Source: Candidatus Eiseniibacteriota bacterium (lineage in GTDB: Bacteria > Eisenbacteria > RBG-16-71-46). Taken from it: a stretch of DNA of 64,000 bases. A program made the translations under genes and the position numbers. The notes beneath the pieces are model-generated. The model did not search any database, had not been told where the DNA came from, and saw only the letters and a list, made by a program, of their open reading frames with translations. Every line of letters starts with the position of its first letter. Position 1 is the first letter of the stretch. The DNA is taken from contig OY970178.1 in the NCBI GenBank assembly GCA_963707915.1, positions 3,424,001-3,488,000 on the forward strand, in the 5' to 3' direction. Of the stretch, positions 39,790 through 51,572 are shown piece by piece.

Positions 39790-40935
39790 ATGAACCTTCA
39801 CGAGTACCAGGCCAAGGAACTGTTCGCGCGCTACGGGCTGCCGGTGCTGCCGGGGCAGGTGGCGACCACGCCCGAGGAGGCCGGCGACATCGCGGCCTCG
39901 CTGGGCGGCACGGTGGTGATCAAGGCGCAGGTGCTGGTGGGCGGGCGCGGCAAGGCCGGCGGCGTGAAGCTGGCGCACTCGCCCGGCGAGGCGATCGAGA
40001 AGGCCCGCGACATCCTGGCGCTCACCATCAAGGGCCTGCCGGTGCGCAAGGTCCTGGTGACCCGGGCCGCCGACATCGCGCGCGAGCTGTACCTTTCCAT
40101 CCTGCTCGACCGCAGCCGCAAACTGCCGCTGGTCATGCTCTCGGCCGAGGGTGGCGTGGACATCGAGGAGGTCGCGCGCACCGCGCCGGAGAAGATCATC
40201 AAGTGGCCGCTCCCGCTCGACGGTCCGCGGCCCTACCAGGCGCGCGCCCTGTTCAAGCCGCTGCTGAAGGACGGCCGGCAGGTCCAGCAGGCGGCCGAAA
40301 TCCTGATGAAGCTCTGGCGAGTCTGGTCCGACGGTGACTGCCAGCTGGCCGAGATCAACCCGCTCGCGGTCACCCCCGAGGGCAAGGTCCTGGCGCTCGA
40401 CGCCAAGGTCTCGCTCGACGACAACGCCGACATCCGCCACCGCGACTGGGAGAACTGGCGCGACCCGGCCGACGAGACGCCCGGGCAGCGGCTGGCGCGC
40501 GAGAAGGGGCTCTCGTACGTCAAGCTGGACGGCGACATCGGCTGCGTGGTGAACGGCGCCGGGCTGGCGATGGCGACGATGGACCTGATCAAGCACTACG
40601 GCGGCGAGCCGGCCAACTTCCTCGACATCGGTGGCTCCTCGAGCCCCGAGAAGGTGACCGCCGCGCTGCGCATCATCACGGGCGAGCCGAAGTCGCGGGT
40701 CCGCGCCATCCTCTTCAACATCTTCGGCGGCATCACCCGCTGCGACGACGTGGCGAACGGCATCGTGCGTTCGCTGCAGGAGTCGCCGCTCGGCGTGCCG
40801 CTGGTGATCCGGCTCACCGGCACCAACGACGAGGTGGCCCGCAAGATCCTCGCGGACAACGGCCTGTCGGCCACCACCAGCATGGACGAAGGCGTGCGCA
40901 CCGTGATCGCCCGGGCGCAGGAGGTGACGGCGTGA
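39790..40935 (+). CDS. sucC: Succinyl-CoA ligase beta subunit
   Basis: [28 protein letters not shown]. Confidence 0.97.
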   Translation: MNLHEYQAKELFARYGLPVLPGQVATTPEEAGDIAASLGGTVVIKAQVLVGGRGKAGGVKLAHSPGEAIEKARDILALTIKGLPVRKVLVTRAADIARELYLSILLDRSRKLPLVMLSAEGGVDIEEVARTAPEKIIKWPLPLDGPRPYQARALFKPLLKDGRQVQQAAEILMKLWRVWSDGDCQLAEINPLAVTPEGKVLALDAKVSLDDNADIRHRDWENWRDPADETPGQRLAREKGLSYVKLDGDIGCVVNGAGLAMATMDLIKHYGGEPANFLDIGGSSSPEKVTAALRIITGEPKSRVRAILFNIFGGITRCDDVANGIVRSLQESPLGVPLVIRLTGTNDEVARKILADNGLSATTSMDEGVRTVIARAQEVTA

Positions 40936-42020
40936 GCATCCTGATCGACAAGAGCACCCGCCTGGTCGTGCAGGGCATCACCGGACGCGACGGTGCGTTC
41001 CACACGCGGCAGATGCTGGACTACGGGACCCGGGTGGTGGCGGGCAGCACGCCGGGCAAGGGGGGCGAGGTCGTCCACGGCGTGCCGGTCTTCGACAGCG
41101 TGGCCGAGGCGGTCGCCGCCACGAAGGCCAACGCCTCGGTGATCTACGTGCCGTCGGCGTTCGCGGCCGACGCCATCTTCGAGGCCGCCGACGCGGGCGT
41201 GGGCCTCATCGTCTGCATCACCGAGGGCCTGCCGGTGCGCGACGCGCTGGCGGCCTGGCACCACGTGGCGGACCTGCGCGAGCGGGGCACCAACGGCAAG
41301 CCGCGGCTGCTGGGCCCCAACTGCCCCGGGCTGATCAGCCCCGGGCTGAGCAAGGTGGGCATCCTGCCCGGCCGCATCACGCGGCCCGGGCCGGTCGGCG
41401 TGATCTCGCGCAGCGGGACGCTGACCTACGAGGTCGTCCAGCAGCTCACCCACGCCGGTCTCGGCCAGACCACCTGCCTGGGGATCGGCGGTGACCCGGT
41501 CATCGGCACCAACTTCATCGACGCGCTGACGCTCTTCGAGGCCGACCCGAAGACCGAGGCCATCGTCCTGATCGGGGAGATCGGCGGCACCGACGAGGAG
41601 GAGGCGGCGCTGTTCATCAAGCGCCGCGTGAGCAAGCCGGTGGTGGCCTTCATCGCCGGGCAGACCGCGCCTCCGGGCAAGCGCATGGGGCACGCCGGGG
41701 CGATCATCGCCGGCGGCACCGGCACCGCGGCCGAGAAGATGGCGGCCTTCGCGGCGGTGGGCGTGCCGGTGGCGCGGATCCCCTCGGAGATCCCCGGCCT
41801 GATCGCCGGGGCACTGGGTCGCAGGCGTTCGCACGGGGCACGGGTGACGCCGGGCCGGGCGGGCCGGAAGGCGGCAGCCCCGGCGAGGAAGCCGGCGCGC
41901 AAGGCGAAGTCCGCGGGCGTGCGCGGCAAGGCCGCGGCACGTCCCGCACGCAAGCCCGTGCCGGCGGCACGGAAGAAGGCGTCCCTCGGCAAGGGGGCGC
42001 GGAGCCGTCGGTCGCGCTGA
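40932..42020 (+). CDS. sucD: Succinyl-CoA ligase alpha subunit with a basic C-terminal tail
   Basis: VQGITG, GPNCPG, RMGHAGA. Confidence 0.97.
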   Translation: MSILIDKSTRLVVQGITGRDGAFHTRQMLDYGTRVVAGSTPGKGGEVVHGVPVFDSVAEAVAATKANASVIYVPSAFAADAIFEAADAGVGLIVCITEGLPVRDALAAWHHVADLRERGTNGKPRLLGPNCPGLISPGLSKVGILPGRITRPGPVGVISRSGTLTYEVVQQLTHAGLGQTTCLGIGGDPVIGTNFIDALTLFEADPKTEAIVLIGEIGGTDEEEAALFIKRRVSKPVVAFIAGQTAPPGKRMGHAGAIIAGGTGTAAEKMAAFAAVGVPVARIPSEIPGLIAGALGRRRSHGARVTPGRAGRKAAAPARKPARKAKSAGVRGKAAARPARKPVPAARKKASLGKGARSRRSR

Positions 42021-42079
42021 ACCACCGAACACGACCCCGGGCGCGGCACGAAGGCCCGGGTCTACCCAAGGAGTCGAAA

Positions 42080-42502
42080 TTGGCGCTCGAACGCACCCTC
42101 TTCATCGTCAAGCCGGACGCGGTCCGGCGGAACCTCATCGGCCGGATCCTCGCGCACGTCGAGGCGCAGGACTTCCACGTCGCCGAGGCCCGGCTGGCCC
42201 GGCTCACGCGCGAAGAGGCCCAGACCTTCTACGCGGAGCACCTCGGCAAGCCGTTCTTCAACGACCTGGTGGAGTACATGACCTCCGGTCCCGTGCTGCT
42301 GGTCTGCCTGGAGCGGGAGGGGGCCGTAGCCGAGCTGCGGCAGGTGGTGGGGGCGACGGACCCGGCGCAGGCGGCCCCCGGCACGGTGCGGAATCTGTTC
42401 GGTGAGAGCAAACAGTCCAACTCGGTTCATGCCTCGGACAGCCCGGCCAGCTCCGAGCGCGAGGTGAGGTTCTTCTTCGGGACCGCGGCCCTGGTCCGGT
42501 GA
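42080..42502 (+). CDS. ndk: Nucleoside diphosphate kinase
   Basis: ERTLFIVKPD, GATDP, NSVHASDS. Confidence 0.96.
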   Translation: MALERTLFIVKPDAVRRNLIGRILAHVEAQDFHVAEARLARLTREEAQTFYAEHLGKPFFNDLVEYMTSGPVLLVCLEREGAVAELRQVVGATDPAQAAPGTVRNLFGESKQSNSVHASDSPASSEREVRFFFGTAALVR

Positions 42503-42668
42503 AGGATCGGTCACTGGGTCGGGCCGGGCGCCCCGGCGCCCGGCCCGGCACTCCCCAAGTCCCACCGGGGCAGCGTCCTGGCCGGGCCCGAAAGCCGGGT
42601 GGACGCGGCTCTCGGGCCTGTGCTAACTTCCCCGTGTTCCACACCCCGCTTCGGCGGGTTTGTCTTGT

Positions 42669-43148
42669 ATGTCCAGATTTGCCATAGATCTCGGCTCGCT
42701 CTCGCCGGGCCTGACCCGCGTCGAGCTCGAGGCTGCGGCCCAGGAACTCGACCTGCCGACCGACGGTTGGGCAGGCCCGGTCCGGGGCGTGTTCGAAGTC
42801 GAGAAGTCGGGCGAGAAGATGACGGTCCGCGGCTCGGTGGCCGCGACCGCGCGGCTCGGGTGCGTGCGTTGCCTGGCGGAGTTCGACCTGCCGGTCCAGG
42901 CGACGTTGGAAGTCTTCGCGGAACGTTCCGGCGGCAGCCGGAAGCACGGCCGCGACGAGGAAGCGCTCGAACGCGACGACTACATGAAGTTCCATGACGG
43001 GCGGACGCTCGACCTGCGCGAAGACGCGCGCGAGCTGCTGCTGCTGGAGCTCCCGATGGTCCCGCATTGCCGGGAGGACTGCCGGGGGCTGTGTCCGAGG
43101 TGCGGCGCGGACTTGAACGCGGGGCCCTGCGGGTGCCCGCGCGCGTGA
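42669..43148 (+). CDS. yceD: YceD/DUF177 protein
   Basis: CVRCL, CREDCRGLCPRCGADLN; located before rpmF. Confidence 0.9.
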   Translation: MSRFAIDLGSLSPGLTRVELEAAAQELDLPTDGWAGPVRGVFEVEKSGEKMTVRGSVAATARLGCVRCLAEFDLPVQATLEVFAERSGGSRKHGRDEEALERDDYMKFHDGRTLDLREDARELLLLELPMVPHCREDCRGLCPRCGADLNAGPCGCPRA

Positions 43149-43187
43149 GCCGGCTCCGGACGGTTTGATCGAGGAGGAAGAAACGCC

Positions 43188-43370
43188 ATGGCGGTACCCA
43201 AGCGGAGACATTCCAGCACCCGCGGAAAGAAGCGCCGCACGAACTGGAAGCTCAAGCAGCCGGGGCTCAACACCTGCGGCCACTGCAGCTCTCCCAAGCA
43301 GCCGCACCGGATCTGTCCGAACTGCGGCTGGTACGACGGCGAAGAGATCGTCACGCCGCGCGAGGACTAG
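43188..43370 (+). CDS. rpmF: 50S ribosomal protein L32
   Basis: MAVPKRRHS...PHRICPNCGWY. Confidence 0.96.
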   Translation: MAVPKRRHSSTRGKKRRTNWKLKQPGLNTCGHCSSPKQPHRICPNCGWYDGEEIVTPRED

Positions 43371-43388
43371 GGGCATTCCGGGACCCGC

Positions 43389-44417
43389 ATGATGGCGGAC
43401 TCGGTCCCCCACATCGGTATCGATGCCATGGGAGGTGACCACGGCCCTCAGGCTGTGGTCGATGGCGTCGTGCTCGCCCAGCGCCAGATGCCGGGCCGTT
43501 TCCGCGTCACCCTGGTGGGCGACGAGCCCGAGATCCGCGCCGCGCTCGGCCATGCCCACCCGGGCCTGCCCATCGAGGTGGTGCACGCGGCCGAGCGCAT
43601 CGAGATGTCCGAGAAGGCGGCGAGCGCGGCCCGGCGCAAGAGCGGTTCCTCGCTCGGCGTGCTGACCCAGCTCCACAAGGACGGCAAGGTGGACGCCATC
43701 TTCAGCGCCGGGAACACGGGCGCGCTGGTGGCCACCTCGCTGCTCGGCCTGGGCCGCATCGAGTCGGTCTCGCGCCCGGCGCTGGCCGCGCTCATGCCCA
43801 ACCCGATCGGCGGCACGGTGGTGCTCGACGTGGGGGCCAACTCCGACTGCAAGCCCTCGTGGCTGGTCCAGTTCGCCCACATGGGCTCGGTCTACGCGCG
43901 CTACCTGATGGGCCGCAAGGAGCCGCGGGTCGGGCTGCTCTCGATCGGCGAAGAGGACACCAAGGGCAATTCCCTGGTGCTGGAGACGTTGCCGCTGCTG
44001 CGTCGCGCCCGGCACCTGAACTTCGTCGGCAACGTCGAGGGGCGCGACGTCCTCCAGGGAACCTGCGACGTCGTGGTGACGGACGGCTTCACCGGCAACG
44101 TGGTGCTGAAGACCGCCGAGGGCGTGGCGACCATGCTGGGGCACAAGGTGAAGGACGAGCTCAAGCGGGACCTGCTCGCGCGCGTCGGGGCCCTGTTCCT
44201 GCTGCCCGCGCTCAAGCGCGTCAAGGCCGAGGTGGACTGGGAGGAATACGGCGCCGCGCCCCTGCTCGGGGTGAACGGGGTCTGCTTCGTCGGGCACGGC
44301 TCGAGCGGGCCGCGGGCCGTCTGCAGCGCGATCCGCACCCTGGGCCGGTTCGTGGAGCTGCAGGTGAACGATCGCATTCGCGAGGAGATCGAGGCGGACC
44401 ATGACTCGGCGGCCTGA
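43389..44417 (+). CDS. plsX: Phosphate acyltransferase PlsX
   Basis: IDAMGGD, SAGNTGA, DGFTGNVVLK. Confidence 0.96.
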   Translation: MMADSVPHIGIDAMGGDHGPQAVVDGVVLAQRQMPGRFRVTLVGDEPEIRAALGHAHPGLPIEVVHAAERIEMSEKAASAARRKSGSSLGVLTQLHKDGKVDAIFSAGNTGALVATSLLGLGRIESVSRPALAALMPNPIGGTVVLDVGANSDCKPSWLVQFAHMGSVYARYLMGRKEPRVGLLSIGEEDTKGNSLVLETLPLLRRARHLNFVGNVEGRDVLQGTCDVVVTDGFTGNVVLKTAEGVATMLGHKVKDELKRDLLARVGALFLLPALKRVKAEVDWEEYGAAPLLGVNGVCFVGHGSSGPRAVCSAIRTLGRFVELQVNDRIREEIEADHDSAA

Positions 44418-44465
44418 CGCGGTGCGCGGCGCCACGCCCGTGGGCGCGGCGGACGGGAGGGCCTC

Positions 44466-45422
44466 GTGAGGCTGGCGTTCCTGTTCCCGGGCCAGGGGGC
44501 CCAGGCGGTCGGCATGGGCAAGGCCCTCGCCGAGGCCTTCCCCGCGGCCCGCGAGGTCTTCGCCGAGGCCGACGAGGCGCTGGGCTTCCGGCTCTCCGAG
44601 ATCTGCTGGGAGGGCCCGGCCGAGCGCCTCAAGGAGACGCGCTTCACCCAGCCGGCGCTGCTCACGCACAGCGTGGCGGCCTGGCGCCTGGCGGACCAGG
44701 CGGGCCTGCGGCCCGAGTGGACCGCGGGGCACAGCCTGGGCGAGTACTCGGCCTGCGTGGCCGCCGGGGCGCTCGGATTCCGCGACGCCGTGCGGCTCGT
44801 TCACCTGCGCGGCACGTTGATGTTCGAGGCCGGGCAGCGGCGGCCGGGGACCATGGCGGCGCTGCTGGGCGTGGACCGCGAGGTGGCGGAGCGCATCTGC
44901 AGCGCGGCGGCGGCGCACGGCATCGCGGTGCCGGCGAATCTCAACGCCCCGGGACAGGTCGTGATCTCGGGGGAGCGTCCCGCGGTCGAGGAGGCCGTGC
45001 GGATCGCCCCCGGGCTCGGTGCCAAGCGCGCCGTGATGCTCGAGGTGAGCGGCGCGTTCCACTCGCCGCTGATGGAGTCGGCGGCCCACGGCCTGGCCGA
45101 GGCGCTCGACGCGACGGCGTTCCGCGAGCCCCGCTGTCCGGTGGTGGCCAACGTCTCGGCCGCCGCGCTGACGCGGGCGGACGAGATCCGTGATGCCCTG
45201 AAGCGCCAGGTGCTGGGGGCGGTGCGCTGGGAGGATTCCATGCGCCACCTGCTCGCGGCGGGCGCCGAGGGGTTCGTGGAGCTCGGCACCGGCCGCGTGC
45301 TGCGCGGGCTGTTGCGGAGCATCGAGAAGGCCGCAGCATCCTGGAACATCGAGGACCCCGCGACGCTCGAAGCCACGCTGGGCGAGTTGGGCGTGCCGCG
45401 CGCGGTCCCGGAGGGCGCCTGA
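44466..45422 (+). CDS. fabD: ACP S-malonyltransferase
   Basis: FPGQGAQ, GHSLGEY, AFHS. Confidence 0.96.
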   Translation: MRLAFLFPGQGAQAVGMGKALAEAFPAAREVFAEADEALGFRLSEICWEGPAERLKETRFTQPALLTHSVAAWRLADQAGLRPEWTAGHSLGEYSACVAAGALGFRDAVRLVHLRGTLMFEAGQRRPGTMAALLGVDREVAERICSAAAAHGIAVPANLNAPGQVVISGERPAVEEAVRIAPGLGAKRAVMLEVSGAFHSPLMESAAHGLAEALDATAFREPRCPVVANVSAAALTRADEIRDALKRQVLGAVRWEDSMRHLLAAGAEGFVELGTGRVLRGLLRSIEKAAASWNIEDPATLEATLGELGVPRAVPEGA

Positions 45423-46204
45423 TGGAACCGAACGTGGAGCGGACCGTGGCCGGTGAGGGGCGCGAGCTGGCGGGCCAGGTCGCCTTCGTGACCGGTGGCG
45501 CGGCGGGGATCGGGCTGGCGATCGCGAGGACGCTGGGGGCGCGGGGTGCGTGCCTGGCGCTCTTCGATCGCGATGCGGCCGCCGTGACGACCGCCGCCGA
45601 GGAGCTGCGCTCGCTGGGGATCGAGGCGCGCGCGCAGGCGGTGGACGTGGCCGACGCCGCTGCGGTGGAGGCCTCGTTCCAGGGGGCGGCCGAGGCCTGC
45701 GGCCGCGTGGACATCCTGGTGAACAACGCCGGGATCACGCGCGACGGGCTGCTCGTCCGGATGACGGACGAACAGTGGGACCAGGTGCTGGCGGTGAACC
45801 TCAAGGGCGCCTTCAACGGGTGCCGCGCGGTCGCGCGGCCCATGATGAAGGCGCGCTACGGCCGCATCGTGAACATCTCGTCCGTGGTGGGGCTGATGGG
45901 CAACAGCGGGCAGGCCAACTACGCGGCCTCCAAGGCCGGGTTGCTGGGACTGAGCCGCTCGCTGGCCCGCGAGCTGGCGTCGCGGGGCATCACGGTGAAC
46001 GCGGTCTGCCCGGGCTTCATCGAGACCCGGATGACGGCGAGCCTGCCCGAGACGGCGCGCGCGGAGCTGCAGGCCCGCATCCCGCTCGGGCGTCTGGGCC
46101 AGCCGGAGGACGTGGCGGAGGTCGTGGCGTTCCTGGCCTCGCCGCGCGCCGGCTACGTGACCGGCCAGACGTGGGCGGTGGATGGTGGGATGGTGATGGA
46201 GTAG
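45422..46204 (+). CDS. fabG: 3-oxoacyl-ACP reductase
   Basis: [17 protein letters not shown]. Confidence 0.96.
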   Translation: MEPNVERTVAGEGRELAGQVAFVTGGAAGIGLAIARTLGARGACLALFDRDAAAVTTAAEELRSLGIEARAQAVDVADAAAVEASFQGAAEACGRVDILVNNAGITRDGLLVRMTDEQWDQVLAVNLKGAFNGCRAVARPMMKARYGRIVNISSVVGLMGNSGQANYAASKAGLLGLSRSLARELASRGITVNAVCPGFIETRMTASLPETARAELQARIPLGRLGQPEDVAEVVAFLASPRAGYVTGQTWAVDGGMVME

Positions 46205-46287
46205 CCGCCGGCGCGGGGTTACCCACGCGGGGCGTGGGTCCGCCCGGATGGTCTTGGGATGGACAACCCAGTCAGGAGGTATCGACC

Positions 46288-46530
46288 GTGGCAGCATTCT
46301 CGGAAGACCGCGTGAAGGAGATCATCGCCAAGGAGCTGGAAGTCGGAGTCCAGCAGCTGGCCCCCGAGGCGAAGTTCATCGAGGACCTGGGCGCCGACTC
46401 CCTGGACATCGTCGAGCTGGTGATGGCCCTGGAGGAGGAGTTCGGGCTGGACATCCCGGACGAGGACGCCGAGAAGATGAAGACGGTCGGCGATGCGATG
46501 AACTACCTGAAGGCCCACGCGACCGCCTAA
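46288..46530 (+). CDS. acpP: Acyl carrier protein
   Basis: [23 protein letters not shown] start with AGGAGG RBS. Confidence 0.96.
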   Translation: MAAFSEDRVKEIIAKELEVGVQQLAPEAKFIEDLGADSLDIVELVMALEEEFGLDIPDEDAEKMKTVGDAMNYLKAHATA

Positions 46531-47755
46531 CGGACGGCGGACGGCCGGACGCCGGCAGGAATGGCCGTGCCCCCGCCGCGGGGGGCGGCCAGGGCTGGTG
46601 ACCCGGGACGCGAAAAGGATGTGACATGGCAGATCATGAGCGCCGCGTGATGGTCACGGGTGTCGGCGTGGTGTCGCCGCTCGGAAACGACGTCGAAATG
46701 CTCTGGGCGAACCTCCTGGCGGGAGTGTCGGGCGCTGGCCCCATCACCCGCTTCGATGCGTCGAACCTGGACACCCGCTTCGCCTGCGAGGTGAAGGACT
46801 TCTCGACCGAGGGCGTGCTGGACCGCAAGGACTCCAAGCGGATGGATCGCTTCGTGCAGTACGGAGTCGTGGCAGCCCACGGGGCCATGCAATGGGCGCG
46901 GCTGGACCCGGACGCGGTGGACCGCGACCGGGTCGGCGTCGTGATCGGTTCGGGCATCGGCGGGATGGAGACGTTCGAGACCCAGCACCGGAACCTGATC
47001 GAAAAGGGCCCCGGCCGGGTCAGTCCCTACTTCATCCCGATGATGATCTCGGACATGGCGGCCGGGCAGGTCTCGATCCGCTTCGGCCTCCGCGGCCCGA
47101 ACTTCGGCACGGTCTCGGCATGCGCCTCCGGGGCGCACGCGATCGGCGAGTCCCTCCGGCTCCTGCGCGCCGGGGACGCGGACGTGATGATCTGTGGTGG
47201 CGCGGAGTCCACCATCACACCCATGGCGATCGCCGGCTTCTGCTCGGCGCGCGCTCTCTCCACTCGAAACGACGACCCTCAACACGCCAGCCGCCCATTC
47301 GATCGTGATCGGGACGGCTTCGTGATCGGCGAAGGCGCCGGTGTGCTCGTACTCGAGACCGAGGCCCATGCCCGGCGCCGTGGTGCGCCGGTGTTGTGCG
47401 AACTCGGCGGCTACGGGGCCTCGGCGGACGCCTTCCACCTGACCGCACCTGCGGAAGATGGGAACGGCGCCGCGCGCGCCATGCGGCGCGCGCTCCAGGA
47501 CTCGGGCCTGGCTCCCGAAGACGTGGGCTACATCAACTCGCACGGTACTTCGACGCCCGCCGGTGACCCGGTCGAGGTGCAGGCCGTGAAGTCCGTCTTC
47601 GGTGAGCACGCCTATCGCCTGATGATGAACTCCACCAAGTCCATGACCGGGCACCTGCTGGGTGCCGCCGGAGGGCTCGAGGCGGTGATCACCGCCCTGG
47701 TGCTGGCGCGCGGGATCGTCCCACCTACGATCAACCTGGAAAACGCGGATCCCCG

Positions 47756-49519
<1,764 letters not shown>

Positions 49520-49535
49520 GCGACGCCGACAGAAA

Positions 49536-49573
49536 CACGGACGGGCGGCAGGGACTCCTGCCGCCCGTCCGTG
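49536..49573. terminator. 17-bp perfect hairpin after rnc, probably a bidirectional terminator
   Basis: cacggacgggcggcagg-gact-cctgccgcccgtccgtg; TTTCT follows on the minus strand. Confidence 0.75.
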
Positions 49574-49667
49574 CCTTCAGCGCCGGGCGATCTTCCGTTC
49601 CGGAAGACCTGGGGGATCCGGCCGCTCCCCGGGGGACATGGGGACCTGGCCGGGCCCGGCGCTCCGG

Positions 49668-49791
49668 AAATCAAGGAAGCGAGGGGCTTGCGCCCCCCGC
49701 TTCAAGACTGTCGCCACGCGCATTCAAGACAGGCCCCTCGGATCTTCCGTGTCCGTCATGTGGTGACGACAGAAACCATGCTTGTCTTCAC
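49668..49791 (-). ncRNA. Candidate sigma54-dependent small RNA (about 120 nt)
   Basis: Lies between a -24/-12 promoter and a GCAA-tetraloop hairpin (49676-49703); internal complementary segments. Confidence 0.55.
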
Positions 49792-49801
49792 GGTTGACCA
49801 A

Positions 49802-49818
49802 AGCACCCAGGATGCCAA
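49802..49818 (-). promoter_or_regulatory. sigma54 promoter
   Basis: Minus strand TTGGCATCCTGGGTGCT (GG-N10-GC). Confidence 0.7.
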
Positions 49819-49929
49819 CGTCGGAAATCGCGCGGATGAGATGTCTATATTGCTACAGGGCAAACACTTGGTGCGATACGTGCGGTGGCGATCCGCACCG
49901 GTTCGGAGGGGGATGAAGGCGGCTAGAAC

Positions 49930-50031
49930 GGGACATCATGTCGCACTTGATGGTCGTCATGCAGCAATCTATTGCGGTGCATCTAGTTGAATGAGCGCGA
50001 CAATGTGACGCTGATGGGGACAATATGTCCT
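49930..50031. promoter_or_regulatory. Three GACA-N3-TGWC palindromes, putative bEBP enhancer sites
   Basis: gggacatcatgtcgc 49930-49944; gcgacaatgtgacgc 49997-50011; gggacaatatgtcct 50017-50031. Confidence 0.6.
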
Positions 50032-51457
50032 AGTCAGTGCCTTCGTTGCGCCGTTGGCGCTCGGCTCGCCGGTGGAGGGTCCGGCGGGAGATCCCCAGGA
50101 TCTTGGCGGCCCGGGTCTGGTTTCCCTTCGCGTGGTCGAGCACGTGCTCGACGTAGCGCTCGATCATGGCCTCCAGCGGCGGGAGTCCGGATTCCAGGGC
50201 GGGGAACTCCGGCACCGGCTGGATACCGTGGAGCCTGGGTGGGAGGGACTCCGGCGTGATGAAGCCGTGCGTGGACATGAGCACCGCCCGTTCCAGCACG
50301 TTCTCCAGCTCGCGCACGTTGCCGGGCCAGGGGTAGGCCTTGAGCAGGCTGAAGGCCTCGGCGGACACGCGGGGCGACACCTTTCCGGTCTCGTGCTCGT
50401 AGTCGCGCAGGAAGTGCTCGACCAGCATCTCGACGTCATGCGCTCCGCGTTCCCGCAGCGGCGGCAGGGAGATCGAGACCACGTTCAGCCGGTAGAACAG
50501 GTCCTCGCGAAACAGCCCGCGCTGCACCATCTCGTCGAGGTTGCGGTGCGTGGCGCCGACGAGCCGCACGTCCACTTCGTGCTCCTCGTTCCCGCCCACC
50601 GGCTTGATGCGATGCTCCTGGATCACCCGTAGGAGCTTGGCCTGGAGCGGCTGCGAGAGGTCGCCGATCTCGTCGAGGAACAACGTGCCCCGGTGCGCCT
50701 CGTCGAAGAGCCCGCGTCGGGCGGTCATGGCCCCCGTGAACGCGCCCCGCACGTGGCCGAACATCTCGCTCTCCAGCAGGCCCTCGGGGATGGCCGAGAC
50801 GTTCACCGCGACGAAGCGCTCCGCGTGGCGCGGACTGCGCTTGTGGAGCATCCGCGCCACCAGTTCCTTGCCGGTGCCGCTCTCCCCCAGGATCAGCACG
50901 TTGGTCCGGCTCGGGGCGACGCGCTGCAGCACCTTGTAGACCTCGAGCATCTGCGGCGAGGAGCCGACGATCTCCCCGGTCGGGAGCCGCTTGCTGACCT
51001 CGCGCTGCAGGTGCCGCACCTCCTCGGCCATGCGCTTCTTCTCGATCGCGCGGCGCAGGAGGGCGCCCATGACCTCGAGCTGGGGGGGCTTCGCGAGGTA
51101 GTCGTAGGCGCCGCCTTTGATCGCCTCCATGGCGGTGTCGATGGTGCCCTTGCCGGTGATGAGCACGACCGGGATCTCGGGAGAGTCCGCCTGCACTTGC
51201 CGGAGCAGGTCGAGGCCGCTCCGCCCGGGGGTGCGGAAATCGAGGTCCGTGAGGACGACGTCGTAGGAATCCCGGAGGAGCTGGCCGGCGGCCTCGTCCA
51301 CGCTGGCGGCGATGGTGGGGGCATGACCGAGCGCCTCGGCCATGCGGGCGATGGCCTGTGCCACGTCCAGGTCGTCGTCCACGACGAGGATCCGGGCGGG
51401 CGGCTGGCCGGCGACGGGGGCCGTCGGTTCCGGCGGGATGGAGTCGTTCGCGCTCAC
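50030..51457 (-). CDS. sigma54-dependent NtrC/AtoC-family response regulator
   Basis: Receiver domain, GESGTGKE, GAFTGA, WPGNVRELEN, Fis-type HTH. Confidence 0.96.
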   Translation of the reverse strand: MSANDSIPPEPTAPVAGQPPARILVVDDDLDVAQAIARMAEALGHAPTIAASVDEAAGQLLRDSYDVVLTDLDFRTPGRSGLDLLRQVQADSPEIPVVLITGKGTIDTAMEAIKGGAYDYLAKPPQLEVMGALLRRAIEKKRMAEEVRHLQREVSKRLPTGEIVGSSPQMLEVYKVLQRVAPSRTNVLILGESGTGKELVARMLHKRSPRHAERFVAVNVSAIPEGLLESEMFGHVRGAFTGAMTARRGLFDEAHRGTLFLDEIGDLSQPLQAKLLRVIQEHRIKPVGGNEEHEVDVRLVGATHRNLDEMVQRGLFREDLFYRLNVVSISLPPLRERGAHDVEMLVEHFLRDYEHETGKVSPRVSAEAFSLLKAYPWPGNVRELENVLERAVLMSTHGFITPESLPPRLHGIQPVPEFPALESGLPPLEAMIERYVEHVLDHAKGNQTRAAKILGISRRTLHRRAERQRRNEGTD

Positions 51458-51572
51458 GGGGCCCCATGATGCGCGTGAGCCTTCCGTCGCGCAAACCGCG
51501 GGGGCGGCGCGGGCCCCGCGGCGGCTTCCGCGCTGGCCGCCACGGCGCGGCGCGTGCTAGGCTCGGGTGGTG

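Noticed and set aside
49571..49990. 139-aa plus-strand ORF
   Set aside because: Atypical codons and no motifs; overlaps a terminator hairpin, sigma54 promoter and enhancer sites.
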